In this document: positions 10,734 to 21,567 of the stretch, piece by piece
Numbering within the stretch: position 1 is the stretch's first letter
Layout of the letters: each line of letters opens with the position of its first letter
Source of the DNA: an uncultured Planctomycetota bacterium
GTDB lineage: Bacteria; Planctomycetota; Planctomycetia; Isosphaerales; Isosphaeraceae
Reading direction: 5' to 3'
DNA length: 64,000 bases
Assembly: GCA_963823665.1 (NCBI GenBank)
Contig: CAWGMQ010000003.1
Coordinates: 736,001 to 800,000 of the forward strand
Translations under genes and position numbers: made by a program
The notes under the pieces: model-generated
The model's database searches: none
Told to the model about the DNA's origin: nothing
Seen by the model: the letters and a program-made list of their open reading frames with translations, nothing else

Positions 10734-11870
10734 ATGAATTCGATGCAAGGCGACGAACGCGCAGGCGACGACACCTCCTCCTGGATGACGCACGATGTCG
10801 CCGCGACCGTGCACCTCGCGTTCGCATTCGATATTGGCGACGAGGTCGACCTCGATCGAGCCCGCCTGATCCTTCAAGGCCAGCGCGGCCAGTTGCCCAG
10901 GAGAAAACGCACCCCGGAATCGATCCGCTACCGTCCCGCACCGATCCGTGTGGAGCTCGACCCCGCGGGCATCGCCTTGCCCGGAGAGCATTCACTCGCC
11001 CGCCCGCCGCGTGCGGAGCTGACTCTCTTCGATTTCGCCGCGATCTCGTTGTGTGTCCGGTTCCCTCTGAAGACCTCTCCGCTGGGTCTTCTCGATCTGG
11101 CCGGCCGGCTGGCGGAGCCGGCCGCACTGACCGAGGCCGCTCGGCGGCTGCTCGCTCCCTGGCTCGAACAGATCAGGCCCGCAGTTCAGGACTTTGAGAT
11201 CAGCGACTTGAGCGAAGAATACGTCGTCTTTCAGCTCTGGGAGAGCCAGCGCGACTGGCTCGAACACCAGGCCGATTGGATCGCCGGACTCGTTCGACTC
11301 GAGTCCGAGCCCTTGAGCAGGGACGAAATCCGCGAGGCCACTCGGCTGAGTCTCTCCTACACGCCAAGCGACCTCGTCGTGCTCGACTGGGCCGCCGGCG
11401 TTGTGATCGATACCGAGTGCGCTGATACGCTCGAAGTCATCGAATACGCAAACGTCCAGCTTCTGGAGTTCCGCCACATTGATGACCGCCTGGACGATCG
11501 ACTCGAAGCGGCTTATCGGCTGATTCGCCCGGAAAAACGCATGCGGTGGTTCCCTCTTTTCTGGCGGCTGCACCACGGCCCGGTACGCCAGATCCGCGAG
11601 CTTGAAATCGAGGCCACCAGCCTCTTTGAACGGGTTGACAACGCGCTGAAGCTCATCGGCGACCATTATCTCTCGCGAGTGTTTGAAGTCGCCGGCGGCC
11701 GATTTCACCTGCGCGACTGGCAGAACAGCATCCGCCGCAAGCTGGAGACCGTCGGTTCCGTTTATGATCTGCTCGTCCACCAGGCAGGCGCCTATCGTAT
11801 GGAGGCACTCGAGATCACCGTCGTGATTTTGATCGCGCTCGAGATCGCCCTGGCGATCTTCCGGCATTGA
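10734..11870 (+). CDS. RMD1/DUF155-like protein
   Basis: EYANVQLLEFR, IGDHYLSRVF and C-terminal TM LEITVVILIALEI. Confidence 0.65.
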   Translation: MNSMQGDERAGDDTSSWMTHDVAATVHLAFAFDIGDEVDLDRARLILQGQRGQLPRRKRTPESIRYRPAPIRVELDPAGIALPGEHSLARPPRAELTLFDFAAISLCVRFPLKTSPLGLLDLAGRLAEPAALTEAARRLLAPWLEQIRPAVQDFEISDLSEEYVVFQLWESQRDWLEHQADWIAGLVRLESEPLSRDEIREATRLSLSYTPSDLVVLDWAAGVVIDTECADTLEVIEYANVQLLEFRHIDDRLDDRLEAAYRLIRPEKRMRWFPLFWRLHHGPVRQIRELEIEATSLFERVDNALKLIGDHYLSRVFEVAGGRFHLRDWQNSIRRKLETVGSVYDLLVHQAGAYRMEALEITVVILIALEIALAIFRH

Positions 11871-11887
11871 GCCGCTAGTGCCGCGGG

Positions 11888-13315
11888 TCAATGATGAAAG
11901 TGGCCAGATCCACCTGCCTCGGCTCCGCCCTCGGCGCGAACCTTCTCCTGGTCCGCGGGCAGATAGCGCGATCCGATCAAGAACAGCACGAATCCGATTA
12001 CCAGGACCGGAATAACCGACAGCATGCCGACGCTCAGGTTCGTCACGCCCTCTGGCAAGGTGGGATCGTTCACCGGCGCAGCACCGATCGACGCGAAGAA
12101 CCGTCCGACCGGTGATTCCGCCACCGCTGGATTACCAAACGTCGTCGATATCTTGCCGACCAGGATCGGCGAACTGATGTCGCCGAGCAAGTGAATCAAG
12201 AATATGAATACCGAATAAGCCATTGCTCGACGCTGAGCCGGCACCACGTTCGCGGTGACGGTGTTCGAGGGCCCAAGCACCATTGCCATCAGGATCGAGG
12301 CGGCGAACATCAGTCCCATCGAGGGCCCGTACCGCGGAAAGAGAATCCCGGCCGCCGCAAGTGGGATCGCGCCCAGCACGGCGAACGCGCACAGTAGCAA
12401 GTAGGCTCGCTTGGTGAGACGCTGCAGGAGATCGGGCACGACCATTCCCAGGCCGATGCCGATCAGCCCTGCCATAACGAGCAACAGGCCGATCCATTTG
12501 CCGGCTTCCGTTGCCGAGATATTGAATTCACGCTGATAGAAGGTCGAGCCCCACGCCGCGTAAGCACCGGTCGCGAATGTGACGGCGGCCATACCCGCCG
12601 TGTTGAACAGGAAGGTCTTCGTCTTGAGTAGATCGATGTACTCGCCCAGCGCGGCTCCAGACACCTTCACTGGCCGGGCTGCTCCCTCGGCGGCGCCGCG
12701 GCCCGGATCGAATAGCACCAGCCCCGCTAGCGCGGCCAAAAGACCCGGAAGACCGACAACGAAAAAGACTGCCTGCCAGTGCCACATGTCGGCGATCGTG
12801 CCACCCACGAGGAAGCCCAGAGCCGTCCCGACAGGCAGGCCCAGGTAGTAGACCCCCATCGCCCGCCCGCGCTGACTGGCCGGAAACAAATCCGAGAGGA
12901 GCGCAGGCGCGATCACCCCGTAACTGGCCTCTCCCACCCCCAGAAGTGCCCGCCAGAAGAACATGTGCCCGAAATTGCCGGAAAACCCCGCGCCCACGGT
13001 CGCGACGCTCCACAACCCCACGCCGCCGGCCAGCAGCAGCTTCCGGTTGAAACGATCGCCGAGCCAGCCCATGGGCGGTGAAATGAGCGTATAAACGATC
13101 ATGAACGAGCCGCCGAGCACACCGAACCAGTAATCGTCTATATGTAAGTCTCTTTGAATATGCGACCCGGCCGCGAAGAACGCATAACGATCCACGTAAT
13201 TCAGCAGATTCATCGTGAAGAGAACGGCGAGCGCAAAGTACTTGCCGCCGATCGTGGGAAGCTGCTGGGATTTTTTTGCCGGCGCCTCTGCCGACCGGGA
13301 ACTCGCGGAGCTCAT
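11888..13315 (-). CDS. MFS transporter (Spinster-like)
   Basis: NLLNYVDR, GWLGDRFNRK, RALLGVGEASY and many TM segments. Confidence 0.92.
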   Translation of the reverse strand: MSSASSRSAEAPAKKSQQLPTIGGKYFALAVLFTMNLLNYVDRYAFFAAGSHIQRDLHIDDYWFGVLGGSFMIVYTLISPPMGWLGDRFNRKLLLAGGVGLWSVATVGAGFSGNFGHMFFWRALLGVGEASYGVIAPALLSDLFPASQRGRAMGVYYLGLPVGTALGFLVGGTIADMWHWQAVFFVVGLPGLLAALAGLVLFDPGRGAAEGAARPVKVSGAALGEYIDLLKTKTFLFNTAGMAAVTFATGAYAAWGSTFYQREFNISATEAGKWIGLLLVMAGLIGIGLGMVVPDLLQRLTKRAYLLLCAFAVLGAIPLAAAGILFPRYGPSMGLMFAASILMAMVLGPSNTVTANVVPAQRRAMAYSVFIFLIHLLGDISSPILVGKISTTFGNPAVAESPVGRFFASIGAAPVNDPTLPEGVTNLSVGMLSVIPVLVIGFVLFLIGSRYLPADQEKVRAEGGAEAGGSGHFHH

Positions 13316-13462
13316 TCCGAAAATGCCTCGTCGTGAATGGGAAATTGATCGGGAATGATCGACTGGCGAAACGGCGGAAAGTCCGGTCGCTGGCTCACTC
13401 AGTGTCGCGGAATCCGCCCGGACGCCCCGTCAGAGCAATCGATCTGTTTGTGGGAACGAGGT

Positions 13463-14305
13463 TCACATCGACTCGGCCGCCTCGACCGCTCCCGAAGGGA
13501 AATAATCATAGCGGGCGCACTGCGAAAAGAAGGCAAGCGGATTGTCGTGCACTACCTTCCTGATGAGTGCCTCATCATGGCCCCGTCGCCGCATCTCGAA
13601 GATGAATTCCGGCACCGCAAGCGGATCGCTGTGCCCCCAGTCGCCGGCCGAATTCACCATGATCCGCTCGGTCCCATAAATCTCAATCATGTCCGCAGCC
13701 CGCGCCGGCGTGCACTTGGTGATCGGATAAAGCGTCATTCCCACCCAGTGCCCACACTCGAGCGCATCGCGAATCGTGTGCTCTTCGACGTGGTCGATGC
13801 ACACTCGCTCCGGATGGATCCGCTGGTCGCTCCGCAGCATGTCGAGTATCATACGCGTGCCCTGGTATTTATCAATCAGGTGCGGCGTGTGCACAAGAAC
13901 GAGCTCTTGCGTCCGCGCGGCCAGGTCCAGGTGTTCGAAGAACACCGTCGCCTCGTTTCGAGTGTTCTTGTTCAGACCGATCTCCCCGATCCCGAGCACG
14001 CGTTCCTTGTGCAGGAACTCGGGGATCATGGCAATCACCTCCCGCGAAAGCGCGACGTTCTCCGCCTCCTTGGCGTTGATGCAGAGCCAGCAGTGATGCT
14101 CGATCCCGTAAAGGGCCGCCCGCTTCGGCTCAAACTCGGTCAACTGCCGGAAGTAATCGCGAAACCCCAGCACGCCCGACCGATCGAACCCTGCCCAGAA
14201 CGCCGGTTCGCTCACGAACACACACCCGGCCAGCGCCATCCGCTTGTAGTCGTCGGTCACACGCGAAACCATGTGGATATGCGGGTCAACGTATCGCATA
14301 GTCAA
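13463..14305 (-). CDS. TatD-family metallohydrolase (EboB-like)
   Basis: DPHIH, GIGEIG, VHTPH, IDHVEE, NSAGDWG. Confidence 0.88.
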   Translation of the reverse strand: MTMRYVDPHIHMVSRVTDDYKRMALAGCVFVSEPAFWAGFDRSGVLGFRDYFRQLTEFEPKRAALYGIEHHCWLCINAKEAENVALSREVIAMIPEFLHKERVLGIGEIGLNKNTRNEATVFFEHLDLAARTQELVLVHTPHLIDKYQGTRMILDMLRSDQRIHPERVCIDHVEEHTIRDALECGHWVGMTLYPITKCTPARAADMIEIYGTERIMVNSAGDWGHSDPLAVPEFIFEMRRRGHDEALIRKVVHDNPLAFFSQCARYDYFPSGAVEAAESM

Positions 14306-14340
14306 TGTTGACTCCTGAATCGGTTCCTCAGCAGATTGAT

Positions 14341-14847
14341 CTAAGCATAGCTATCGAAACGTGCAATCGCGTGATTGACGAATTCGATTAACTTTCGGCC
14401 CTTCCCCGTGTTAGTCAACTCGTTCCGCAACCCAAAGTTATGACCAACAGGGCAATGGGCAGGTGCGCCGTGCGGCCAGGGATACTCCGGGTTTGGCCCG
14501 TCGCCGGCTTCTGCAGGTGCGATATTCTGCAAGGAATAGGCCAGCGTCTTGATGCTTCGCACCCAATCGTACAGAGCTTGACGTCGACTGAAGGTCAGAA
14601 TGATCGCGATCCGGTCGAGCTCGGTGTCACGCCGATCAAGAAGCGCCTTGAGGAAGCGAACGAATCCTGTGTGGCTTCTTGGGGGGGCATGTCCCGAACG
14701 CCAGAGATACGCCTTGCTGAGCTTCTCCGTCGCCATTTGTAGGTAGTGCAGCAAGTGGCACTCGGGGCCGCCGTTGCGGCGCAGCTGGACGAAGATCGAA
14801 TGGTCTGATCGAGCCTGTTTCCACCAGAGGTCTTGCGCCGCATTCAT
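14341..14847 (-). CDS. HEPN-like protein
   Basis: WWKQARSD...QMATEKLSKAYL...PPRSH...EYPW follows the HEPN pattern WxxxAxxD, QxAxEKxxKA, PxTH, RYP. Confidence 0.65.
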   Translation of the reverse strand: MNAAQDLWWKQARSDHSIFVQLRRNGGPECHLLHYLQMATEKLSKAYLWRSGHAPPRSHTGFVRFLKALLDRRDTELDRIAIILTFSRRQALYDWVRSIKTLAYSLQNIAPAEAGDGPNPEYPWPHGAPAHCPVGHNFGLRNELTNTGKGRKLIEFVNHAIARFDSYA

Positions 14848-14853
14848 GATCAG

Positions 14854-15189
14854 TCACCGCCGTCCAAGTTCCTGGCTGCCGTCGAGTGTCCACCCGGCTG
14901 GCAGGCGCATTTGCCCGGCCTGAATTGCCTGCCATTGAGCAGGTGTCACGTCGAGAACATAAAGCGTATGGGCGTCAGCACCACCGATATCCACGCCAAA
15001 GTCGATAGGTTCCGGTTGCGTCGTTTCCGAGATCATCCGGTTGATCTCCAAAAAACGAATCTCTCGAGCGGGTGAATTCGTTGGCAAGTACAGAATTCGT
15101 ACAACTCCATCATCAATCTCCATGTGCCGCTGCGCGTACCACTTGGCGCGGTTGTCGCGGTCAAATGCGTTTACCGTCGTGCCAACCAT
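14854..15189 (-). CDS. Hypothetical protein, possibly a degenerate minimal nucleotidyltransferase fold
   Basis: 111-aa ORF ending 6 bp before the HEPN-like start; strand pattern VVRILYL, EIRFLEI, LYVLDVTPAQW. Confidence 0.55.
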   Translation of the reverse strand: MVGTTVNAFDRDNRAKWYAQRHMEIDDGVVRILYLPTNSPAREIRFLEINRMISETTQPEPIDFGVDIGGADAHTLYVLDVTPAQWQAIQAGQMRLPAGWTLDGSQELGRR

Positions 15190-15207
15190 GACTTGGATCC
15201 CCGAGGC

Positions 15208-15495
15208 CTAAGAATGCGAATTCGATCGCGGCCCGTTCACATTCATTTTCCTGCGCCAATCGCGGTCATACTCAAGCGAAAAAATATGCTGGACCGTTTC
15301 TGCCCGCCCGGGCCCGGGCTCGAGCAGCGCCTCGAGCCCGCGCCGAAGCTGCCCCAGGCGCGCATCCGGATGCTCCCCGTGCCGCGCCGGCGCACGGTCG
15401 ATCCGGTCAAGCGTCGCCGCAATCTCGAGGATCTTGCAACGGGTCTCGAGAAAATCGTGGTCGAGCACATCCATCGCATCACGCGGTTTCTGCAT
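15208..15495 (-). CDS. Small hypothetical protein
   Basis: MQKPRDAMDVLDHDFLETRCKILEIAATLDRIDR, amphipathic helical; heads the minus-strand run. Confidence 0.7.
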   Translation of the reverse strand: MQKPRDAMDVLDHDFLETRCKILEIAATLDRIDRAPARHGEHPDARLGQLRRGLEALLEPGPGRAETVQHIFSLEYDRDWRRKMNVNGPRSNSHS

Positions 15496-15665
15496 GAGAG
15501 CCGTTCCTCCGCACGCTGTCAGGTTCGACACTATCATGGCAAAACCGGGCACGACATGCAAATTCTGACAAACCCGATGATCGGTCTTCCGGCGACCCTT
15601 GGATGAAGGAGCCCCGCGCCGAACGAGGTGGCCAAGGAAAAGGTTGAAAATAACTTTCCGGAATC

Positions 15666-15715
15666 GTCGACCCTTGCTCCGTGAGGGAACGAGCCTTCGC
15701 GGAACGAAGGCCGAC
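15666..15715. repeat. Degenerate inverted REP pair (CCTTCGCGGAGCGAAGG family)
   Basis: GTCGACCCTTGCTCCGTGAGGGA followed by GCCTTCGCGGAACGAAGGCCGAC; same family at 22991 and 59351. Confidence 0.6.
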
Positions 15716-15803
15716 AAAGGTTTTCGGCCGGCGCCTAAGTCACGTCGCCCCTTTCACTTCGAGTTCGAGCGGCGCGATCCGGCGAATGGCGACGGTCGCG
15801 GTT

Positions 15804-17144
15804 TCAAACCGTCGCCGTCGTGTAAAGGGATTCGATCCGCTGGCCCGAGCACAGCCGTAGCGGCCGGCCGAATCGGTCGCGAAGCTCGGTGGCCGGGTCC
15901 ACACCCAGGGCGTGATAGATTGTCGCCGCGACGTCTGGCGGACCGAAGCTGCGCGAAACTGGATGTGCCCCAAGCTTGTCCGACTTGCCGATCAACTGCC
16001 CCCCGTTCACCCCGGCACCGGCAAACACAGCGGGAAAAACCGCCGGCCAGTGATCTCGCCCAGGTACGGCATCGGGCGTCAAACGCGAGATCCTGGGCGT
16101 ACGCCCGAACTCACCCAGCATCACAACCAAGGTCTCTTCGAGCAGCCCGCGCACACTGAGGTCGTCGAGCAGCGCAGATACCGCTTGATCCAACCGCGGC
16201 AGCAAGTCGTCCCGGAGTCGAGGAAAATTGGCGACGTGCGTATCCCAGGTCTGGACAATGCCCATTGTCGCCTGAACGACCGGCACTCCCGATTCGACTA
16301 GTCGACGCGCCAGGAGAAGCGACCGGCCGAAAAGATGGGACCCGTACCGCTGCACCAGCCGGGGGTCTTCACGCTCGAGATCGAGCGCTCGGCCGACGCT
16401 CCCATCGCACAAAAGCGCGATCGCGGCGTCTTGCTGCTCGAGAAACGCTTCGTCCGCCACGGCCCGGGCCGTCTGGCTCAAAAGATGTCGGCGCGCATGC
16501 ACACGCGCCGGATCAACACCCGCGGGCAGCCTCAAGCTGTCGTCCGGCGCGTCTGGACGCCCAGCGTCGAGCCGAAGCTGCCACGGGTCGTGTCGCGTTC
16601 CGAGGAATCCCGCGTCCTGCCCGGGCCAGGTGAGCGGCCCCTCGACCAACCGCAATGGGAGCGCCACACCGCTCGGAACGCCATCCCGGCGCCGTTTGAA
16701 CACGTCGACGACCGCCGCGTAGCACGGGAAATCATCCCGCGACGCAACCCGGTCAAGGTCCGTCGCCCCGCGCGGAGTCGATGCCTGGCCGGTCAACACC
16801 CGATGCACGGCCGGCAGGTGATTGCCCTCGGAATGAGACATCGAACGGACAATCGCCAGGTTGCTCGCTCGCACGGCCAGTTGCGGCAAGTGCTCGCAGA
16901 TCCTGACCCCGGCGACCGCTGTGTCGATCGGCTTGAACTCGCCGCGAATCCCCTCCGGCGCCTCGGGCTTCATGTCGAACGAATCGTGCTGCCCCAACCC
17001 CCCACTCAGAAGGATCACGATAACCGACCGAGCCCGGCCGGTCGCCGCTGGCGCGCCGCCGGCCTCGCGAGCAGCCAGTAGCCGCGGAAGCGCTAACCCC
17101 AATAGACCCGAATACCCAATCTGCAAGAACGACCGGCGTTGCAT
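15804..17144 (-). CDS. DUF1501 domain protein (Tat-exported)
   Basis: MQRRSFLQIG, GGLGQHDSFDMKP, WDTH, GEFGRTP, GRDHW. Confidence 0.93.
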   Translation of the reverse strand: MQRRSFLQIGYSGLLGLALPRLLAAREAGGAPAATGRARSVIVILLSGGLGQHDSFDMKPEAPEGIRGEFKPIDTAVAGVRICEHLPQLAVRASNLAIVRSMSHSEGNHLPAVHRVLTGQASTPRGATDLDRVASRDDFPCYAAVVDVFKRRRDGVPSGVALPLRLVEGPLTWPGQDAGFLGTRHDPWQLRLDAGRPDAPDDSLRLPAGVDPARVHARRHLLSQTARAVADEAFLEQQDAAIALLCDGSVGRALDLEREDPRLVQRYGSHLFGRSLLLARRLVESGVPVVQATMGIVQTWDTHVANFPRLRDDLLPRLDQAVSALLDDLSVRGLLEETLVVMLGEFGRTPRISRLTPDAVPGRDHWPAVFPAVFAGAGVNGGQLIGKSDKLGAHPVSRSFGPPDVAATIYHALGVDPATELRDRFGRPLRLCSGQRIESLYTTATV

Positions 17145-17410
17145 CACCGCGCTCCCTCCCAGGCCGAAGCACCACCTACGTTCTTCCACATCAACCCGCC
17201 GGCGATGACCGAGCTCTCGTCGAAATCCAAACTCAATCGTAAACCCACGACTAGAAGTTTAACAATTGATTCGCATTCGTCCAGCGAATGTCAAACCACG
17301 ACCGGTGGCCGGTGGTTTTCCGTGGGTGGCGGATGTAACTTGTACAGATCGCCCCGTGAACGGGAGCGGCCCCGGCTGGCCTACTGCGGTATCCTGAGGG
17401 TTCATTGACC

Positions 17411-18643
17411 ATGCGTAATCCCATCGTGACGACGGCGTTCTGCAGTCTCGGCGTGATATCGCTCACGGCGACCTTCTTTTTTGCCGGAGATAAGGACAAC
17501 CTCATCTCCTGGAAAAGAACGGTGATCGAGGGAAAGTTCCGGTCCGAGGGGGTCGTCGTCGCCGACGTCAACAAAGACGGTAAGCTCGACATCATGATTG
17601 GCGACTCATGGTACGAAGCCCCGTCGTGGACCAAGCACGATATTCGCAAGCCAGGCGATTTCGGCGATGGGCTCAAGAGCTACAGCAATTGCATGACCTG
17701 CTGGACCGAAGATGTCAACGGCGATGGCTGGGCCGACCAGATCGTCGTCGGCTTTCCGGGCGTGCCCACCCTCTGGTACGAGAATCCCAAAGGCAAACCC
17801 GGATACTGGCCCGAACATGTGGCCTGGCATAGCTCGTGTAATGAAACGCCGCTCTATACCGATCTCTTCGGCGACGGTCACCGCGTCTTGCTCATGGGAT
17901 GGCAGCCCAAAGGCAAAGCCAACGAAGGCCAGATGGCCTGGTTCACGCCGGGAAGCGACCCCACGAGCGCCTGGGAAATGCACCCGGTCAGCGAGCCCAG
18001 CTCCCCCGGCAATATCATTCCGGGGACCTCCCAGTTCTCGCACGGTCTCGGCACGGGCGACTTGAACGGCGACGGACGCCAGGACGTCATTTGCACTGGC
18101 GGATGGTGGGAACAACCCGAATCCGGCCGCAGCAGTAGCACTCCCTGGACCTTCCACCCAGCCAAGCTCGGCGACGCTGTCGCAGACATGATCGTGTACG
18201 ACGTGAATCAAGACGGGAAAGCCGACGTCATCGCCAGCTCCGCCCACCAGTTCGGAATCTGGTGGTTCGAGCGAACCGGCGAGAAGGACGGCGACACCGC
18301 CTTCGTCAAACATGACCTCTTCCCGAATCTGGTCTCTGAAACCCATGCCCTGATCGCCGCCGACATCAACCGCGATGGCCTCAAGGACTTGATCACTGGA
18401 AAACGGTTCTGGTCGCACGGCCGCCACGAAGCTGGGTCCGATCAGCCCGCCCGACTTTACTGGTTCGAGGCCGTAAAAGGTGCCGACGGCAAGATTTCCT
18501 TCACCCCGCGTGAAATCGACGACCAGAGTGGCATCGGCACGCAGTTCGTCGTCACCGACTTCAACGGCGACGGCCTGCTCGACATCGTCACTGCAAACAA
18601 GAAGGGCGTCTTCCTCATCGAGCAAGTCAGCCAGGGTCAATGA
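17411..18643 (+). CDS. FG-GAP/VCBS repeat secreted protein
   Basis: Repeated DVNKDGKLD, DVNGDGWAD, DLNGDGRQD, DFNGDGLLD; signal-like N-terminus. Confidence 0.9.
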   Translation: MRNPIVTTAFCSLGVISLTATFFFAGDKDNLISWKRTVIEGKFRSEGVVVADVNKDGKLDIMIGDSWYEAPSWTKHDIRKPGDFGDGLKSYSNCMTCWTEDVNGDGWADQIVVGFPGVPTLWYENPKGKPGYWPEHVAWHSSCNETPLYTDLFGDGHRVLLMGWQPKGKANEGQMAWFTPGSDPTSAWEMHPVSEPSSPGNIIPGTSQFSHGLGTGDLNGDGRQDVICTGGWWEQPESGRSSSTPWTFHPAKLGDAVADMIVYDVNQDGKADVIASSAHQFGIWWFERTGEKDGDTAFVKHDLFPNLVSETHALIAADINRDGLKDLITGKRFWSHGRHEAGSDQPARLYWFEAVKGADGKISFTPREIDDQSGIGTQFVVTDFNGDGLLDIVTANKKGVFLIEQVSQGQ

Positions 18644-18782
18644 AAACGAAAATCCAGAATTGCCCGTGCTTGGCTTCCCTGCGCGATCTGTTATCCTGGA
18701 ACCGATCCGCAGAACACTCGATTTGCAGGTAAGACAGGTAAGAAATGACGTACTCCTTAGCCGAACATGAAGGAGGCTAACC

Positions 18783-20052
18783 ATGCGCTTAACAGGATTC
18801 CGTCTGCCGCTCCTGGCCGCATTAGCATCGGCGAGCGTCGGACTCTTCGTCTGGGCGACGGATCGAACCTATGGCGACACGCTCGTCGTGCTCCCGACGA
18901 GTGCGACGATTTCCGTTTCGAGCCCGTACGTCGTACCCACTTCGTACGTCGTACCGTCGAGTTACTTGATTCCCAGCTACGTGGAGACATCGTACAGCGT
19001 ATCGCCTACGGTCAGCCTGTGGCCCACTGGCTATGTCGAGACGACCTATAGACGGGGTCTTTTCGGCCGGCGCTGGATTGTCGAGCGACCGGTGATTGCA
19101 GCCTACCCGACAGCGTATGTTCCGACGACATACGTCTCTTCCTATCTGCCGACGACGTACGTTTCTTCCTACGTGCCGACGACGTACGTGTCGCCCACCT
19201 ACTACTCGACCGCGTATCGCGTGCGGAGCTATCGCCCGACAACTTACACTTATTATCCCACGCTCTATGAAACCGCTTACACGAGCGCCGGCGAATATCT
19301 GCTGCGATACGGTGGTGGTCGACTCGACTGTCCGCTCGGTGCCGCAATCGAATGCCGCGGTGTCCCGAGGCAGGGAAGTCGGGTCTAGCTCGATGGACGG
19401 CGACACCTATGATGCTTACGTCAAACAGCCATTGCCGGAGGAGATGCGAGAGCGGCGATCGACGGCGCCGGGCGGTGCGGCGAATAGCCCAACCAAGGCC
19501 AACACGAATGGCGCCGATAGCCCGCCCAACCCCCCCTTACCCGCAGACGAAGATGCCGCGCGCAAAGCCGCCGCAACCAAGGGTCAGGGAGGCGCGGCGG
19601 CAGTGCCGAAGAACGAGCCAGCGAAAAACGCCGGAGGAGCACCCGCGACCAAGAAAGCAGCCCCGGCAGACAACCCAGACCCGGATCTGCAGCTCGCACC
19701 TGCCGGAGATGAAGGTGTTCTTCGGCGCGATTCGATGAGGCCGACCTATGCGCGGGTGCGACCGGCTGCCCGGCGAAACATCCTGTTTGGCACGGTTGAA
19801 ACCGACAACGGCGTTCCGCGCAGCGAAGTGCCGGTGATCGTCGTCAATCGGAGCAACACGTTTATCCGGCACAGCGGCGCGAGCGACGCATTCGGCACGT
19901 TCGCCATCAGGGTGCCTGACGGCCAGTGGGTCGTGAGGGTCACCATGCCCAGCGGAAACTTGCAGTCCGTCCGCAGCATCACCGTCACGGACGGGAAGGT
20001 CGTGGACAATCAGGAAGGACGCGAGGTCCAGAACCTGATCATCTCGTTCTGA
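18783..20052 (+). CDS. Secreted Tyr/Thr/Ser-rich protein with C-terminal beta-sandwich (carboxypeptidase-regulatory-like); frameshift near 19290
   Basis: AGGAGG RBS, signal peptide and YVPTTYVSS repeats; continues in the 19096-20052 frame (SDAFGTFAIRVPDGQW). Confidence 0.7.
19116..19196 (+). repeat. Three 27-bp coding tandem repeats
   Basis: TATGTTCCGACGACATACGTCTCTTCC, TATCTGCCGACGACGTACGTTTCTTCC, TACGTGCCGACGACGTACGTGTCGCCC. Confidence 0.85.
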
Positions 20053-20088
20053 CCCGCTTCCGTGAACTCGTGCCGGCCGGAGAAAACA

Positions 20089-20343
20089 ATGGACGAAGTG
20101 CGCGACACCCTCCTTTGCGAGGTCGCCAACGAGATCGAAGCCGCCATGGTCGTGAATCTGCTCACCGAAAATGAAGTCCCTGCGCACAGTGACGCCAGCC
20201 AGGCAGGGAACGCGTTCGGCGGCTTGCCGTTCGAGTCCGGCCACAAGGTGTATGTCGCCGCTTCGCTGGCTCGGAAGGCCCGGGAAATCCTGGAAAGCTA
20301 CCCGCATTTCAAGAAGCTCCGCAACGTCCACGAACCTGACTGA
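20089..20343 (+). CDS. DUF2007-like putative signal-transducing protein
   Basis: NEIEAAMVVNLLTENEVP...KVYVAASLARKAREIL. Confidence 0.75.
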   Translation: MDEVRDTLLCEVANEIEAAMVVNLLTENEVPAHSDASQAGNAFGGLPFESGHKVYVAASLARKAREILESYPHFKKLRNVHEPD

Positions 20344-20374
20344 CCCGGACCGCTCCAATCAGTCCCGCCTACCC

Positions 20375-21540
20375 ATGGCTCACGACGTGCAAACACCGCT
20401 GCGCGTTTGTTACGTCGTGAGCTACTTCCACCCTTTTGAAAGCGGGGCAGAGCGCCAGGCCCTCGCGCAAGGCTCCGAGCTCGCCCGGCGCGGGCATTCG
20501 GTTCATGTGGTCACCAAGGCCATCCCCGGATACCCGGTTCACGACGAGGAACATCGCGGAGTTTTCATCCATCGCTGGGTCAAAACCATCTCGGGCGGCC
20601 CACTATTCGCGATCAGCTTCCTCACCGGCATCATCAAAGCACTCCGCCGCCTGCGCTCGGAAGTGGACGTGATTCACACTCATCAGGCACTCTGGGAAGC
20701 CGTCGCGACGGGGCTGGCTCGGCCGCTGCTGCGCGGCACGCCGACGCTGGTGCAGCCCGCGAGCGCAGGCTATTACGGTGAGGCCGCAGGAGCTACGCCG
20801 GACCCGTGGCTCGGCGCACGCTCAAACGGGCGATCTTCGCCAACACGGGCTTCGCCGCGATTTCCGCAGAGATCGAGCGCGAGTGGCAAGCTCTCGGCGT
20901 CTCTCCGAACCGGATCGTGCTCATGGCCAGCGGCGTCGATGCCGAGCAATTCCGTCCAGGCCCGAGCGCCGTCGAAGACCGCCTTCTCCCGCGCCCTCGT
21001 GTGCTCTTCACCGGCCGGCTTCATCCCCAGAAGAATATTCCCCTTTTGCTTGAGGCTTGGTCCAAACTCGCCCCGAATCGTCCCGGCAGTCTGATCCTGG
21101 TCGGCCCCGGCGACGACCGCCAGCGTCTGGAAGCGCTCGCCGCATCGCTTGGCGTCGCCGGCCGCGTTCAATTTACCGGCGGCGTGGACAACCCGGCCGA
21201 GTACCTCCGAGCCGCCGACGTGTTTGTACTCCCGAGCGTGGCGGAAGGCATGAGCAACTCCCTGCTAGAGGCGATGGCAACCGCCCTGCCGTGTGCCGTT
21301 TCCGGAATTGGCGGCAACACCGACCTGATCGAAGACGGCACGACCGGCCGGCTGGTCACCGACGCAACGCCGCAGGCGTGGACACGAATCCTGGCGGAGC
21401 TTCTAGACCACCCCTCCCAATCCCAGCATCTGGGTGAAGCCGCCCGTCGCAGGATCGACGAAGAGTTCGCCCTGAACGTTGTCGTCGACCGCTATGTCGC
21501 CCTTTATCGAGAGATGCTCGCGCACGCCTGGCCCAGATGA
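20375..21540 (+). CDS. GT4 family glycosyltransferase; two indels near 20785-20820
   Basis: SGAERQ at the N-terminus; FTGRLHPQKN and EGMSNSLLEAMA in the downstream frame. Confidence 0.88.
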
Positions 21541-21567
21541 GTTCGATACTCCGTTCCCGACTCGACC

